Source of the DNA: Parvibaculum sp.
GTDB lineage: Bacteria > Pseudomonadota > Alphaproteobacteria > Parvibaculales > Parvibaculaceae
Direction: 5' to 3'
Assembly: GCA_041678065.1 (NCBI GenBank)
Contig: JBAYOU010000001.1
Coordinates: forward strand, 1-56,835
Length of the DNA stretch: 56,835 nucleotides
Positions 8,346-17,530 of the stretch are shown here, piece after piece. The notes beneath the pieces were generated by a model, which did not search any database, was not told the DNA's origin, and worked only from the letters and a program-made list of their open reading frames with translations. Position 1 is the first letter of the stretch. Each line of letters starts with the position of its first letter. Both the position numbers and the translations under genes were made by a program.

Positions 8346-9277
8346 GCCGCCCTCCCCGCGCCCGTCTCTGTGCCCTCCGCGCGGAAGGCCAGCAGGAAAT
8401 CCGCCGCCTTGGAGGCGAGGCTCGCGGCGCGGAAGATGGCACGCTCATCGTCGCGCAACAGGTCGAGCCATGAGGCGATATAGTCCGCATGGCGCACCGT
8501 CGGCACGATGCCGAGCGCGGCGCAGACAAAGGCGCTCGCCATTTCGGCGACGAGTTCCTCCGCCGCATAGGCGCGCGAGCCAAAACGCCCGGAAAGATCG
8601 CGCGCCAGCCGCGAGGGGTGGCCGGCCCAGTGGCCGAGTTCATGGAAACAGGTGCGGTAATAATTGACCGGCTCGTGAAAGGCCGTTTGCGGCGGCACCT
8701 CGATGCGGTCGAGGCTCGGCACATAAAGGGCCATCGCGCCGCCCACATGGAATGCCGCGCCGGTCGCGGCGATCAGCGCCTCGGCGGCGGGCACGGTCTC
8801 GCATTCCGGCAGTATGGCGGGCGGTGCAAGCAGCTCGCCCGGCAGGCCATCGCATTGCGCGACATTGAAAACGGTGAAGCGCTTGAGAAAGGGAACGCTC
8901 CGGGCCTCCTCACCCTCCGCCGCCGCGCGTTCCCGTTCCGCCTTGGGCGTGAAGCGGTCGGCATAAACGAGGGCCACGCCCTTCTCGCCCTTGCGGACAT
9001 GGCCGCCAAGCGAAAGCGCTTGCCGGAAGGTGAGCCAGTTCTGGGCGGCGAAACCCCGTTCGATGACGGCGCTCCAGAGGATCAGAATATTGATCCCCGA
9101 ATAGGCATTCCCCGTCGCCGCATTGCGCGGCAGACCGAGCCCCGCTTTCGCTTCGTCCCAGGGCTGCACCCAAGGCACCCGGCCCGCTTCCAGTTCCGCG
9201 ACGATTTTTGCCGTCACATCGGCATAAAGCTGCGGCCCCGCCTGCTTCCCGGTCTGACGATTATGTTCTCCGCGCAT
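8342..9277 (-). CDS. ardC: ArdC-family ssDNA-binding antirestriction protein (DUF1738 plus zincin-like domain)
   Basis: ELEAGRVPWVQPW, YSGINILILW, WLTFRQA..GGHVRKGEKG, HELGHW, EELVAE, HADYIASWL. Confidence 0.92.
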   Translation of the reverse strand: MRGEHNRQTGKQAGPQLYADVTAKIVAELEAGRVPWVQPWDEAKAGLGLPRNAATGNAYSGINILILWSAVIERGFAAQNWLTFRQALSLGGHVRKGEKGVALVYADRFTPKAERERAAAEGEEARSVPFLKRFTVFNVAQCDGLPGELLAPPAILPECETVPAAEALIAATGAAFHVGGAMALYVPSLDRIEVPPQTAFHEPVNYYRTCFHELGHWAGHPSRLARDLSGRFGSRAYAAEELVAEMASAFVCAALGIVPTVRHADYIASWLDLLRDDERAIFRAASLASKAADFLLAFRAEGTETGAGRAA

Positions 9278-9302
9278 CGGCCAGCTCCCGTCAAATCCCG
9301 CC

Positions 9303-9478
9303 GCGTCTCTCCCGGAAGCGGGATGGGCGGCGAAAAGCGACCGGAAGGCCCGCCGTCAGAGGCGGGACGCACCGAAGGCCGGAACGAAGTGGAGGACCCG
9401 GAGCGCAAGCGGAGGGTTGCGGCCTGCCGCGGCGGGCCTAGAAGGGAGCGCCGCCCATCCCGCGTGACGGGGAGACGC
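9303..9478. other. Long nested inverted-repeat structure upstream of ardC (candidate ssDNA promoter/ssi)
   Basis: Perfect 15-bp stem 9318-9332/9449-9463 and 9-bp stem 9347-9355/9430-9438; shares ggagcgcaagcg and ggacccg with the 5.3-5.5 kb structure. Confidence 0.65.
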
Positions 9479-9480
9479 TT

Positions 9481-9510
9481 CAAACAAAGACGCCGCGCGA
9501 AAGCGCGGCG
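9481..9510 (-). terminator. Hairpin terminator after the XRE gene
   Basis: cgccgcgc-gaaa-gcgcggcg perfect 8-bp stem; minus strand continues tctttgtttg. Confidence 0.55.
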
Positions 9511-9513
9511 GCC

Positions 9514-9756
9514 TTAACCCTTGGGCTTGTAGAGTTCCTTGAGAACGTCACCGGGATCGTCGCCAAGCGCCTGCACGACGTCGACGAATTCGATGATGTC
9601 GAGACGGCGTTCGCCGCCTTCATATTTGGCGACAAAGGATTGGGTACGCTTGAGCCGCGCGGCGACATCCGCCTGCGTCAGGCCCTTCGCCTTGCGAAGC
9701 TTGATCAGCAACGCCAGCAGCTTGCGTTGACGCGGCGTGCGAAGGGTCTTGGACAT
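9514..9756 (-). CDS. XRE-family HTH regulator (second C-protein-like)
   Basis: LRKAKGLTQADVAARLKRTQSFVAKYEGGERRLD. Confidence 0.85.
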   Translation of the reverse strand: MSKTLRTPRQRKLLALLIKLRKAKGLTQADVAARLKRTQSFVAKYEGGERRLDIIEFVDVVQALGDDPGDVLKELYKPKG

Positions 9757-9795
9757 TCGGCCGAACCGGCTTGAGACAAAACGGTTCGACCAAAT

Positions 9796-9828
9796 AATCC
9801 CAGTTTCGGATTATCCCATTTTAGGATA
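9796..9828. promoter_or_regulatory. Tandem operators upstream of the XRE gene
   Basis: AATCC-N7-GGATT immediately followed by TATCC-N7-GGATA. Confidence 0.65.
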
Positions 9829-9903
9829 TTTTGATGCGGTGCGAACTTGACTGATGGGACGAGATCGCCCTTCGCCACATCCGAAAAACAAGGTGATCGA
9901 GTC

Positions 9904-10122
9904 TCAGCCCGATCTGTCCGGACGCAGGAGATCGAGATGACTGACACCCAACGCGGTCGCGAGTTCATAAAGCGTCACGACGGTTGGATTGCGGCGGCCT
10001 TGTTCGAGCCCGCTGATGTATTGCTGGCTGAAACCGGAAATCTCGGCGAACTGTTCTTGGGTCAGACCCTTTTTGAGCCTGATCCGCCTGACATTGTCGC
10101 CGACCGTCTTGCGCATATCCAT
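9904..10122 (-). CDS. qseC: QseC-like XRE controller protein
   Basis: VGDNVRRIRLKKGLTQEQFAEISGFSQQYISGLEQGRRNPT; divergent from qseM as in ICEMlSym. Confidence 0.85.
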   Translation of the reverse strand: MDMRKTVGDNVRRIRLKKGLTQEQFAEISGFSQQYISGLEQGRRNPTVVTLYELATALGVSHLDLLRPDRSG

Positions 10123-10141
10123 GCGCCAAGGTCAGCGGATT

Positions 10142-10172
10142 ACATACTTTAAGTTTATCAACTATAGTATGT
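10142..10172. promoter_or_regulatory. QseC operator pair between qseC and qseM
   Basis: ACATACT...AGTATGT outer inverted repeat containing ACTTTAAGT (10146-10154) and ACTATAGT (10161-10168). Confidence 0.7.
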
Positions 10173-10208
10173 TATTCGGATGGCACGGAACCATGAGCGG
10201 AGCGGGAC

Positions 10209-10484
10209 ATGCCTAAGCCGGAACTCAATCCAGAGATCGTCGAGGACGTCCCTTGGTCGGAGACAATCACCGACTATGACGAGCGTCATCTGATCGTTTA
10301 TCTGCGGTTGCTCGACGCCGTCGCAGCCGGCGCGTCGGATGAGGCGATGTCGAGGATCGTTCTGGGTATCGACCCCGCGCGAGAGGCCGAGCGATCCCGC
10401 AACGCCCTGGCGAGCCACTTGCGCCGTGCCAGATGGATGTCGGATAATGGTTACCGTCATCTTCTCACTACCGGGGCGCACTGA
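10209..10484 (+). CDS. qseM: QseM antiactivator (DUF2285)
   Basis: DVPWSETITDYDERHLIVYLRLLDA, VLGIDPAREAERSR, SHLRRARWM..GYRHL. Confidence 0.9.
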   Translation: MPKPELNPEIVEDVPWSETITDYDERHLIVYLRLLDAVAAGASDEAMSRIVLGIDPAREAERSRNALASHLRRARWMSDNGYRHLLTTGAH

Positions 10485-10490
10485 GCTCCC

Positions 10491-11276
10491 TCATCGCAAC
10501 AATTTTAGATAACCGCCATTCATCAGGTCGCGGCCGCGTCTAATGGCGCGGCGCACTTGGTCGCAGAGATGGTTCCGCGGATCGCGCCAGTCAGCCTCGA
10601 CACGCTCCGCACCGAACAGCGCAACCGCGACCTCGCGCTGGGATGCTCCAGCGAGATAGCCGTCCAGCGCCTGCAGAACTCGGGAGAGGCGTCGAGCGCC
10701 AAGGTCCGGCGGATAAAATTTCGTTCGTAGCGTCTCGGTGCACACAAGGTCGTTCAGCCGCCTGAAGCCGCGCCATCTTGTCTCCGAATAGGGCGTCATG
10801 GGCAAGACGTTCGCAAGCACCTGCACCGGGCGCGTAAGGCATTCGCCAGTAACAGACAGTTGCAGGAACCGGCCCTGGTCGGCGCACAGAAGATGTTGAA
10901 TGTCTTCTCCGGGGATGAGGACATTGCGGCATCGCAGGCGGCTTAAATTCAGAAACCGGCCCGACACGTGACCGACATTCTGGCTCGCAACGACCGGAAG
11001 AACACTCGGGCAGAACTCCGGCATCCAGAAAATATTCGCCTCGCGCGCGTCGCGATCGGGCGTTTCGAAAAGGAGCAAGCCCCATTCCCGTGCCTCGGAC
11101 ATTTGGTCGCCGGCGGACCAGGTCTCATCGGGCGGGCTGCCATCCGGCGGCCACGTCACGCCAAGATTTGCAGCCGCGCTCCTGTAGGCGCGATTGCGGC
11201 GCAAAAATTCCCACGCAAGCCCATGCGCCGACAAGGCCTGAAGCCACTCATATTGCTCTGTGTTTTGCCATTTCAT
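10491..11276 (-). CDS. fseA: FseA-like transfer activator, DUF6499-DUF2285 in one reading frame
   Basis: AWEFLRRN (Msi172 part), EWGLLLFETP junction, LQALDGYLAGASQREVAVALFG...GGYLKLL (Msi171 part); convergent with qseM. Confidence 0.88.
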   Translation of the reverse strand: MKWQNTEQYEWLQALSAHGLAWEFLRRNRAYRSAAANLGVTWPPDGSPPDETWSAGDQMSEAREWGLLLFETPDRDAREANIFWMPEFCPSVLPVVASQNVGHVSGRFLNLSRLRCRNVLIPGEDIQHLLCADQGRFLQLSVTGECLTRPVQVLANVLPMTPYSETRWRGFRRLNDLVCTETLRTKFYPPDLGARRLSRVLQALDGYLAGASQREVAVALFGAERVEADWRDPRNHLCDQVRRAIRRGRDLMNGGYLKLLR

Positions 11277-11429
11277 GGGACCGGTTCGAAAAGGAGATAA
11301 GTCGCCGGAGCCTTCTATTCCGGTTCGGATATGGTCAATGGACCGCTCATCTGGTGAGGACGATCCATATCTGCGCGAGTGACATGGGGTTCGGGTCTTT
11401 GACCGTCGCGAAGGCATTGCGCGCCGGGG

Positions 11430-11677
11430 TCCGGGACGGGGACACCGTTCCAGAACACCGTGCCGTCGAAGTCGAGTTCGAGATCGACGACCTGCGGCTC
11501 CGTCTCGGGCGGCGGGGCTGACAGGTTCTGCGGCATGTCGAGCTTCACCGCATGGGTCTGGATCGGGATGGTGATGATCAGCATGATCAGCAGCACCAGC
11601 ATGACGTCGATCAGGGGCGTCGTGTTGACCTCCATCATCACGTCGTCTTCCTTGCCGTCGCCGACATTCATGGCCAT
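11430..11677 (-). pseudogene. exbD: ExbD/TolR, C-terminally truncated
   Basis: EVNTTPLIDVMLVLLIMLIITIP signature; homology lost after FWNGVPVPD. Confidence 0.8.
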
Positions 11678-11681
11678 GGGT

Positions 11682-11945
11682 TCACTCCTGCTGCGCCGCG
11701 CCGGAGACGGGCTCGGTGATGAAGGCGACCTTCTGGATGCCGTCGCGCTGACAGGTGACAGTCACCCGGCCGATGAACTCGAAGCCCGTATTCCGGTCGC
11801 CCCGGACATGGACTTCCGGTTGCGGCTCCAGCACCGCCACTTCCTTGATCCGGTCCAAAAGTTCGCGATTGTCCGCCATCTTCTCTTTGTTCCAGAAGAC
11901 GGCGCCTTCGCCGTCGACCGCCGCACGATGTTCTCCGGCCACGCC
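11682..11945 (-). pseudogene. exbD: ExbD/TolR periplasmic-domain remnant, lacking the N-terminal TM helix
   Basis: PQPEVHVRGDRNT..FIGRV..CQRDGIQKVAFITEP; the preceding PENIV motif is in another frame. Confidence 0.75.
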
Positions 11946-12085
11946 TGGGGGACGACAAGCACCTCACCATGATCGAAACCCAGTTCGGCAATATCGATCA
12001 ACAGCTCAAGCGCTATTCGCGGGCGGCTTGAGCCTGAAGGGTTGGTGGACTGACATAAAAAAAGGGACGCATCCTAGATGGTCCG

Positions 12086-13285
12086 TCAAAGTCCCAGAAC
12101 GGCCTTTGCGATGACATTGCGCTGGATTTCGTTCGAGCCGCCATAAATCGAAGCGGCGCGACCGAAATTATAGGCACTTGTCACGCTCACCGCATAGGCG
12201 GGCCCGACGGGCGCTTCATTGGCGATTCCCATCAAATGTTCCCTCTGGAACGGCATGGCGTAGAAGGCGGCTGCTTCGACGGCAAGCTCCGACAACGCCT
12301 GCTGAACTTCGGTCCCGACAATCTTCAAGGTCGAAGAAGAGGGGCCCGCAGGGCGGCCCGCCACCTCATCCGCGACGATCCGCAGATTGGTATATTCGAG
12401 CCCCGTAAGCTTTACCTCGATTTCGGAGAGCTTCGTCATGAATGCCAGATCGTCCGCCAGCGCCGTGCCATCGCCAAGCCTTTCCTGTCTGGCGATTTTT
12501 CTGAGGTGCGCGATCTTGCGCTTGGACTCGGGAACACCCGCAATGCCGGTGCGCTCATTGACGAGCAGGAACTTGGCGTAGGTCCAGCCCTTGTTTTCAT
12601 CGCCGATGCGGTTCGTCACCGGCACCTTGACGTCAGTGAAAAAAACTTCGTTCAAGTGATGCAGGCCATCGATGGAAATGATGGGCTTCACCTCGATGCC
12701 GGGCGTCTTCATGTCGATCAGAAGGAACGAGATACCTTCCTGCGGTTTAGCGGTCTCATCCGTTCGCACGAGACAGAATATCCAATCGGCTTCGTGGGCG
12801 TACGACGTCCAGATTTTCTGGCCGTTGACGATGTAATGGTCGCCCTGACGCACGGCCCTGGTCCTCAGCGAGGCGAGGTCCGATCCGGATCCTGGCTCCG
12901 AATAGCCTTGGCACCACCAAACATCTCCCGACAATATACCCGGCAAATGCTGCTTCTTTTGTTCTTCGTTGCCGAAAGTGTAAATCACCGGCCCGACCAT
13001 CGACAGACCGAAAGGCGACAGACGCGGCGCGTTAGCGGCGGCCATCTCCTCGTTGAAAATATGCTTCTGCATCGGCGTCCATCCAGTGCCGCCATACTGC
13101 CTGGGCCAATTGACCGCTACCCAGCCTTTCTCGTGGAGGTCCTTCTGCCAGCGCCTGAGCGCCCCGCGCTCGCCAGACGCGCCCACTGTCTCTCTCTCCG
13201 CGAGCTCCCTGGGGAGTTTTTCCGAAATGAACCGGCGGACTTCCGCGCGAAAGGCATCGTCCTCTTTCGTAAGCTCGATATCCAT
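12086..13285 (-). CDS. Acyl-CoA dehydrogenase (PimC-like)
   Basis: WWCQGYSEPGSGSDLASL, VNGQKIWTS, AASIYGGSNEIQRNVIAK. Confidence 0.9.
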   Translation of the reverse strand: MDIELTKEDDAFRAEVRRFISEKLPRELAERETVGASGERGALRRWQKDLHEKGWVAVNWPRQYGGTGWTPMQKHIFNEEMAAANAPRLSPFGLSMVGPVIYTFGNEEQKKQHLPGILSGDVWWCQGYSEPGSGSDLASLRTRAVRQGDHYIVNGQKIWTSYAHEADWIFCLVRTDETAKPQEGISFLLIDMKTPGIEVKPIISIDGLHHLNEVFFTDVKVPVTNRIGDENKGWTYAKFLLVNERTGIAGVPESKRKIAHLRKIARQERLGDGTALADDLAFMTKLSEIEVKLTGLEYTNLRIVADEVAGRPAGPSSSTLKIVGTEVQQALSELAVEAAAFYAMPFQREHLMGIANEAPVGPAYAVSVTSAYNFGRAASIYGGSNEIQRNVIAKAVLGL

Positions 13286-13322
13286 CTGCTGACCTTTCGC
13301 GGCGACGATCCGGGTGATTGTA

Positions 13323-13340
13323 TTTTTATTATAATGAATT
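13323..13340. promoter_or_regulatory. Palindromic operator copy (consensus AATTCATTATAATGAATT)
   Basis: 15/18 match; 16 bp identical in inverted orientation to 31267-31282. Confidence 0.6.
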
Positions 13341-13519
13341 TCTCCGGGCGGGCAAAAGACCGAATTGTCCGCCTCTTTCAAAAAATTCCGTCGAAAGGTT
13401 GGCCGCGATAAATCCGCCTCTCTCCCCATTGCCGGGCCGATGCGAATATTACCGCGCCGTGAGTCGCGGCAACACACATCGACAACCGTATCCATGCTTC
13501 CCGATACCCGGGTCGGGGT

Positions 13520-14605
13520 CTAGGCAGCCCAGCCCTGCAAGTGCGCCGCTTCGAGACGAACCAGCTCCGGCCCGCCCAACAGCTGCCGATCGAAACCAAT
13601 ACGCTTGAACCAGTAATGCAGGCCAAGCAGATCGGTGAAGCCCATGCCGCCATGAACCTCGGTCGCGGTGCGCGCGACGAAGCGGCCCACTTCCGACAAA
13701 TGGCTCTTGGCATGACATGCCATGAGGCGCGCGTCGCCCGGCACCTCGTCCAGCGCATGGGCCGCATACCACACCAGCGAACGCGATGGTTCGAGAGCGG
13801 CCGCCATCTCGGCGCAGAGGTGTTTCACGGCCTGAAACGACCCGATCACACGACCGAACTGCTTGCGCTCTCCCGCATAAGCAACTGCTTTCTCGATCAT
13901 CATCTGACCCGCGCCGAGGGTGTCGGAAGCAAGCATGACCCTACCTGCATCTATCACCCGCGCAACCGCGTCGGCGCTGGATCGAGGCAAGGGCTCAGCC
14001 GAGACCTGGTCGAAAACAAGTTCGCCAACCGATCGGGTCTTGTCGATGGTGTCGAGCGCCCGCCGCGACAAACCCTTCGCGCCGGGCAAAACGAGATGAA
14101 GTCCATGGTCGCTGTCGGCCACGATGTAGAGATCGGCCTCAGCCCAGTCGATTACGAAGAGGGCCTTGCCCGTGAGCGTTCCCTTCCCGGCTTTCACGCC
14201 GGCATCTTCGCGGACGCCGATGCTTTCCGTGACGGCCACGCCTGCGATAATCTCGCCTGCGGCGATCTTCGGCAGCCACTTTTCCTGCTGGGCCTCGCTG
14301 CCTGCAAGCATCAGCGCGAGCGGCGCCATGACGGCGGTCCCAAGGAAAGGCAGCGGCGCCACATACCGACCGAACATCTCGTAAACGATCGCCGCGTCGA
14401 GAAACCCAAGACCCATGCCGCCAAAATCTTCCGGAATCAGCATTCCAGGGATACCCAGTTCGCTGGCGCCCGCCCACAGGGACCGCTGAACAGTATGCGT
14501 GTTCCCGGCGGCAAGGCGCACCTTGTCAAGCGGCGAATTCTGTTCAAGAAAACGGCGGACGCTGTCCTGCAACAGGCGCTGCTCTTCCGACAATGCAAAT
14601 TCCAT
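13520..14605 (-). CDS. Acyl-CoA dehydrogenase, beta-type subunit
   Basis: RKQFGRVIGSFQAVKH, EVHGGMGFT; lacks the SEPGSGSD motif; adjacent to the alpha subunit. Confidence 0.88.
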   Translation of the reverse strand: MEFALSEEQRLLQDSVRRFLEQNSPLDKVRLAAGNTHTVQRSLWAGASELGIPGMLIPEDFGGMGLGFLDAAIVYEMFGRYVAPLPFLGTAVMAPLALMLAGSEAQQEKWLPKIAAGEIIAGVAVTESIGVREDAGVKAGKGTLTGKALFVIDWAEADLYIVADSDHGLHLVLPGAKGLSRRALDTIDKTRSVGELVFDQVSAEPLPRSSADAVARVIDAGRVMLASDTLGAGQMMIEKAVAYAGERKQFGRVIGSFQAVKHLCAEMAAALEPSRSLVWYAAHALDEVPGDARLMACHAKSHLSEVGRFVARTATEVHGGMGFTDLLGLHYWFKRIGFDRQLLGGPELVRLEAAHLQGWAA

Positions 14606-14616
14606 CGGATAAATTC

Positions 14617-15810
14617 CTATTTTGCCAGCTTCGGTTCGCGCGGCATTCCAAGCCCACGTTCCGAAATAATGTTTTTCTGAATCTGCGCCGTGCCGCCGCC
14701 GATGATGAGCCCAAGCTGAAACATGTATCCCCACTGCCACGAGCCGTGGCTACGCAGATAGGGGCTGTCGTCGTAGAGAACGCCAAGCTCTCCCATGACG
14801 TCGATCGCGAGCGCCGATATTTGATGGGTAAGTTCGCAGGACTGAAGCTTCACGATCAGACGCGCCAAGCCGGGATCCTCACCCTTGCTGGCGCTGGTCA
14901 GCAGCCGGAGCCCATTGAACTTCATGGCAGCAAGTTCTGCCTGAAGCCTTACCAGGCGGTCCCGGAAAATTGGATTGTCGATGGCCCGCTGCCCGTCGAC
15001 AGTCTCCTCGTGCATCAGATCGACAAGGGCCTGGAACCTGGTTTCCATAGCGGCCGGATCGCCCAGCATTCCGCGTTCGTGTTTCAGCGTTGCGTTGGCG
15101 ACGAACCACCCCTGCCCGCGCTGGCCGACGATCTGCGTCTTCGGCACGCGCACATCGGTGAAGAAGACTTCGTTAAATTCGGCATGGCCCGTCATGGTGG
15201 TGAGCGGACGGACTTCGATGCCGGGCGTCTTCATCGAGAAAATCAGATAGGAAATGCCTTCATGCTTCGGCTTGTCGGGCTCGGTGCGCACCAGGCAGAA
15301 GATCATGTCTGCCTCATGCGCGGTGCTGGTCCAGATCTTCTGGCCGTTGATGACGAAATCGTCGCCATCGACAGTCGCCCTTGTCTGAAGGCTGGCGAGG
15401 TCCGAACCGGAACCAGGCTCGGAATATCCCTGGCACCAGACCACCTCGCCGCGAAGCGTCGGCTTCACCCATTTTTTCTTCTGCTCCTCGGTGCCAAGCT
15501 CGAGAAGCGTCGGCACCAGCATGGAGATACCCTGGTTCTGCAACGCCGAAGGAACACGAGCAGCGGAAAATTCCTCCGCGATGATGCGCGATTCGAGAAT
15601 ATCCGGCTTTGCACCATAGCCTCCGTAGTCTTTCGGAATCGTCCGCGCGGCATAGCCGTGCTGGATCAGCAGTTGCTGCCAGGAACAGGCTTCGGGAGAC
15701 GGGCGCCCGGCAGCACCGAGACCCTTAGGCGCCTGACTCTTGTATTTCGTCAGGAACGCCCTGACCTCTTCCCGGAAGGCCTCGTATTTGGGGCCATATG
15801 CCAGATCCAT
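14617..15810 (-). CDS. Acyl-CoA dehydrogenase, alpha-type subunit
   Basis: WCQGYSEPGSGSDLASL, INGQKIWTS, IGGGTAQIQKNIISERGLGMPREP. Confidence 0.9.
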   Translation of the reverse strand: MDLAYGPKYEAFREEVRAFLTKYKSQAPKGLGAAGRPSPEACSWQQLLIQHGYAARTIPKDYGGYGAKPDILESRIIAEEFSAARVPSALQNQGISMLVPTLLELGTEEQKKKWVKPTLRGEVVWCQGYSEPGSGSDLASLQTRATVDGDDFVINGQKIWTSTAHEADMIFCLVRTEPDKPKHEGISYLIFSMKTPGIEVRPLTTMTGHAEFNEVFFTDVRVPKTQIVGQRGQGWFVANATLKHERGMLGDPAAMETRFQALVDLMHEETVDGQRAIDNPIFRDRLVRLQAELAAMKFNGLRLLTSASKGEDPGLARLIVKLQSCELTHQISALAIDVMGELGVLYDDSPYLRSHGSWQWGYMFQLGLIIGGGTAQIQKNIISERGLGMPREPKLAK

Positions 15811-15848
15811 TTTCGATCTCCGATGCGTAGATGCGATTGGCTTTGCTT

Positions 15849-16271
15849 TTATTTCGGCGCAGGTTTGAAACACGGAAGCATGAATCCGTCGCCGATATCC
15901 CTGAAGACAAGGACCACAGGCATGTCCAGTTCAACTGCCTCCGGGTCGCAGTCGAGCAAGCGCGTCGCCATGCGGACGCCTTCTTCCAATTCCGCGACCG
16001 CAGCTATGTAGGGCACGTCGCGTGCGAAAGCCGGATGAAAGGGCTGGTAGGTCACCGTCCAGGAAAAAATGCGCCCGCGCCCGCTGCTCGGCATCCACTC
16101 GTAATCCGGCGAACCGCATTTTGCGCACATGTAGCGCGGAAGGAACCGCCAGGTATCACAATGGCTGCACTGCTGAAACCGCAGGACGCTGTCCTGGCAA
16201 AGCTTCCAGAACTCCGCGTCGACCGGATCGACGGTCGCGGGCTGAGGATATTTCGGTTGCTCAATTTCCAT
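15849..16271 (-). CDS. DUF35 Zn-ribbon/OB-fold protein
   Basis: CSHC...CAKC, SGRGRIFSWTV, VAELEEGVRM. Confidence 0.9.
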   Translation of the reverse strand: MEIEQPKYPQPATVDPVDAEFWKLCQDSVLRFQQCSHCDTWRFLPRYMCAKCGSPDYEWMPSSGRGRIFSWTVTYQPFHPAFARDVPYIAAVAELEEGVRMATRLLDCDPEAVELDMPVVLVFRDIGDGFMLPCFKPAPK

Positions 16272-16273
16272 TT

Positions 16274-17443
16274 TTACCTCCTCAAAATCGCGAGGCTGCC
16301 ATCGCCGAGATCGCCCCATCCGGTCACGAGTCCGATTTCGGCATCCGGAATTTGCCGCTTGCCCGCATCGCCGCGCAATTGGCGGGTCGCCTCAAGCACA
16401 TGATTGAGGCCCCACACATGCGCCTCGCTCAAAAGCCCGCCATGCGTATTGAGCGGGAACTTGCCGCCGAGCTCGATCTGTCCATCCTTGACGAAATCGA
16501 GTGCGCCACCCGGCTCGAAATAACCCAGGGCTTCGAGCTGGAGCAGCACGACATAGGTGAAACAGTCGTAGACCTGCAGAAAGTCCATGTCCTTCGGTGT
16601 CACGCCGGCCATGGCGAAAGCGCGTGGCGCGGCGTAGCTCAAACCGATCTTGAAAGGATCCGGCCGTGACGGAATATCGTCGGCAGGATAAGGATGGCCC
16701 TCGGCCGCGCCGGAGATATAGACCGGCCTGTGAGGCAAGTCCTTCGCCCGCTCGGCGCTCGTCACCACGACGGCGCAGGCCCCATCCGTCTCGAGACAGC
16801 AATCGAATAAACGGAACGGCGAGGACACCATGCGCGACCGCATGTAATCGTCCATCGTCATCGGTTGACCGCAGGTCAGGGCGCGGTCGTTGAGTTGGGC
16901 ATGCTTGCGGCACGCCATCGCAATCCAACCCGTCGCCTCGGGGCCAACATTGTAAAGTTTCGAGTGCCGCGTCGCGAGCCAAGCATACATCTGCACCGGC
17001 AACAGAACGCCATAGGGGAGATAGTAACCCCGGATGGTCGAGGTCAGCGTGTTCATGTTCATTGGCCGGCTTGGCGGCACCCCCGCTTTTGGACGCAGCG
17101 CCGAGTAGCCATTCCAGCCGAGCGTGACCAGCACGTTGTCGCAGATACCGGAGGCCACGGCCATGGCGGCATTCTGCAACGCCGTAGTCGGGCTCGCGCC
17201 TCCCATGTTGACCGTCGATGCATATCGCAGCACATCGACGCCAAGGTTGGCGGCCAGTTCCTCCGAGGTTGTATAGACGGGCGGCGGCACCATGCCGTCG
17301 ATGTCCCCAGGCTTCAGCCCCGCATCCGCGATGGCCCGCCTGGCGGCGTCTAGCATCATGGCCACGGCCGTCTGGTCCGACCCTTTTACATAGCCGGTCT
17401 CGCCGATCCCGACGATCGCAGCCTTGTCGCTGAAATTCTTCAC
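16274..17443 (-). CDS. Thiolase-like SCP2/Ltp2-type protein (no nucleophile Cys)
   Basis: [14 protein letters not shown] at the Cys site, [25 protein letters not shown]; GTG start. Confidence 0.88.
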   Translation of the reverse strand: MKNFSDKAAIVGIGETGYVKGSDQTAVAMMLDAARRAIADAGLKPGDIDGMVPPPVYTTSEELAANLGVDVLRYASTVNMGGASPTTALQNAAMAVASGICDNVLVTLGWNGYSALRPKAGVPPSRPMNMNTLTSTIRGYYLPYGVLLPVQMYAWLATRHSKLYNVGPEATGWIAMACRKHAQLNDRALTCGQPMTMDDYMRSRMVSSPFRLFDCCLETDGACAVVVTSAERAKDLPHRPVYISGAAEGHPYPADDIPSRPDPFKIGLSYAAPRAFAMAGVTPKDMDFLQVYDCFTYVVLLQLEALGYFEPGGALDFVKDGQIELGGKFPLNTHGGLLSEAHVWGLNHVLEATRQLRGDAGKRQIPDAEIGLVTGWGDLGDGSLAILRR

Positions 17444-17530
17444 GAAACTGCCCTCATCATCATTGCCCAGGCACGCAGCCTTTTCGTTGATCCGCCGCAC
17501 ACCTTCCGTAGAAAATATTCTGTAGACAGA

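Noticed and set aside
8137-8748. N-terminal half of the 376-aa ORF 7618-8748
   Set aside because: Alternate frame over ardC and the 65-aa gene; only the part from ATG 8136 has an RBS
13520-17443. Steroid degradation cluster
   Set aside because: Side-chain-like enzymes are present but no kstD or hsa ring-degradation genes were recognised in the window
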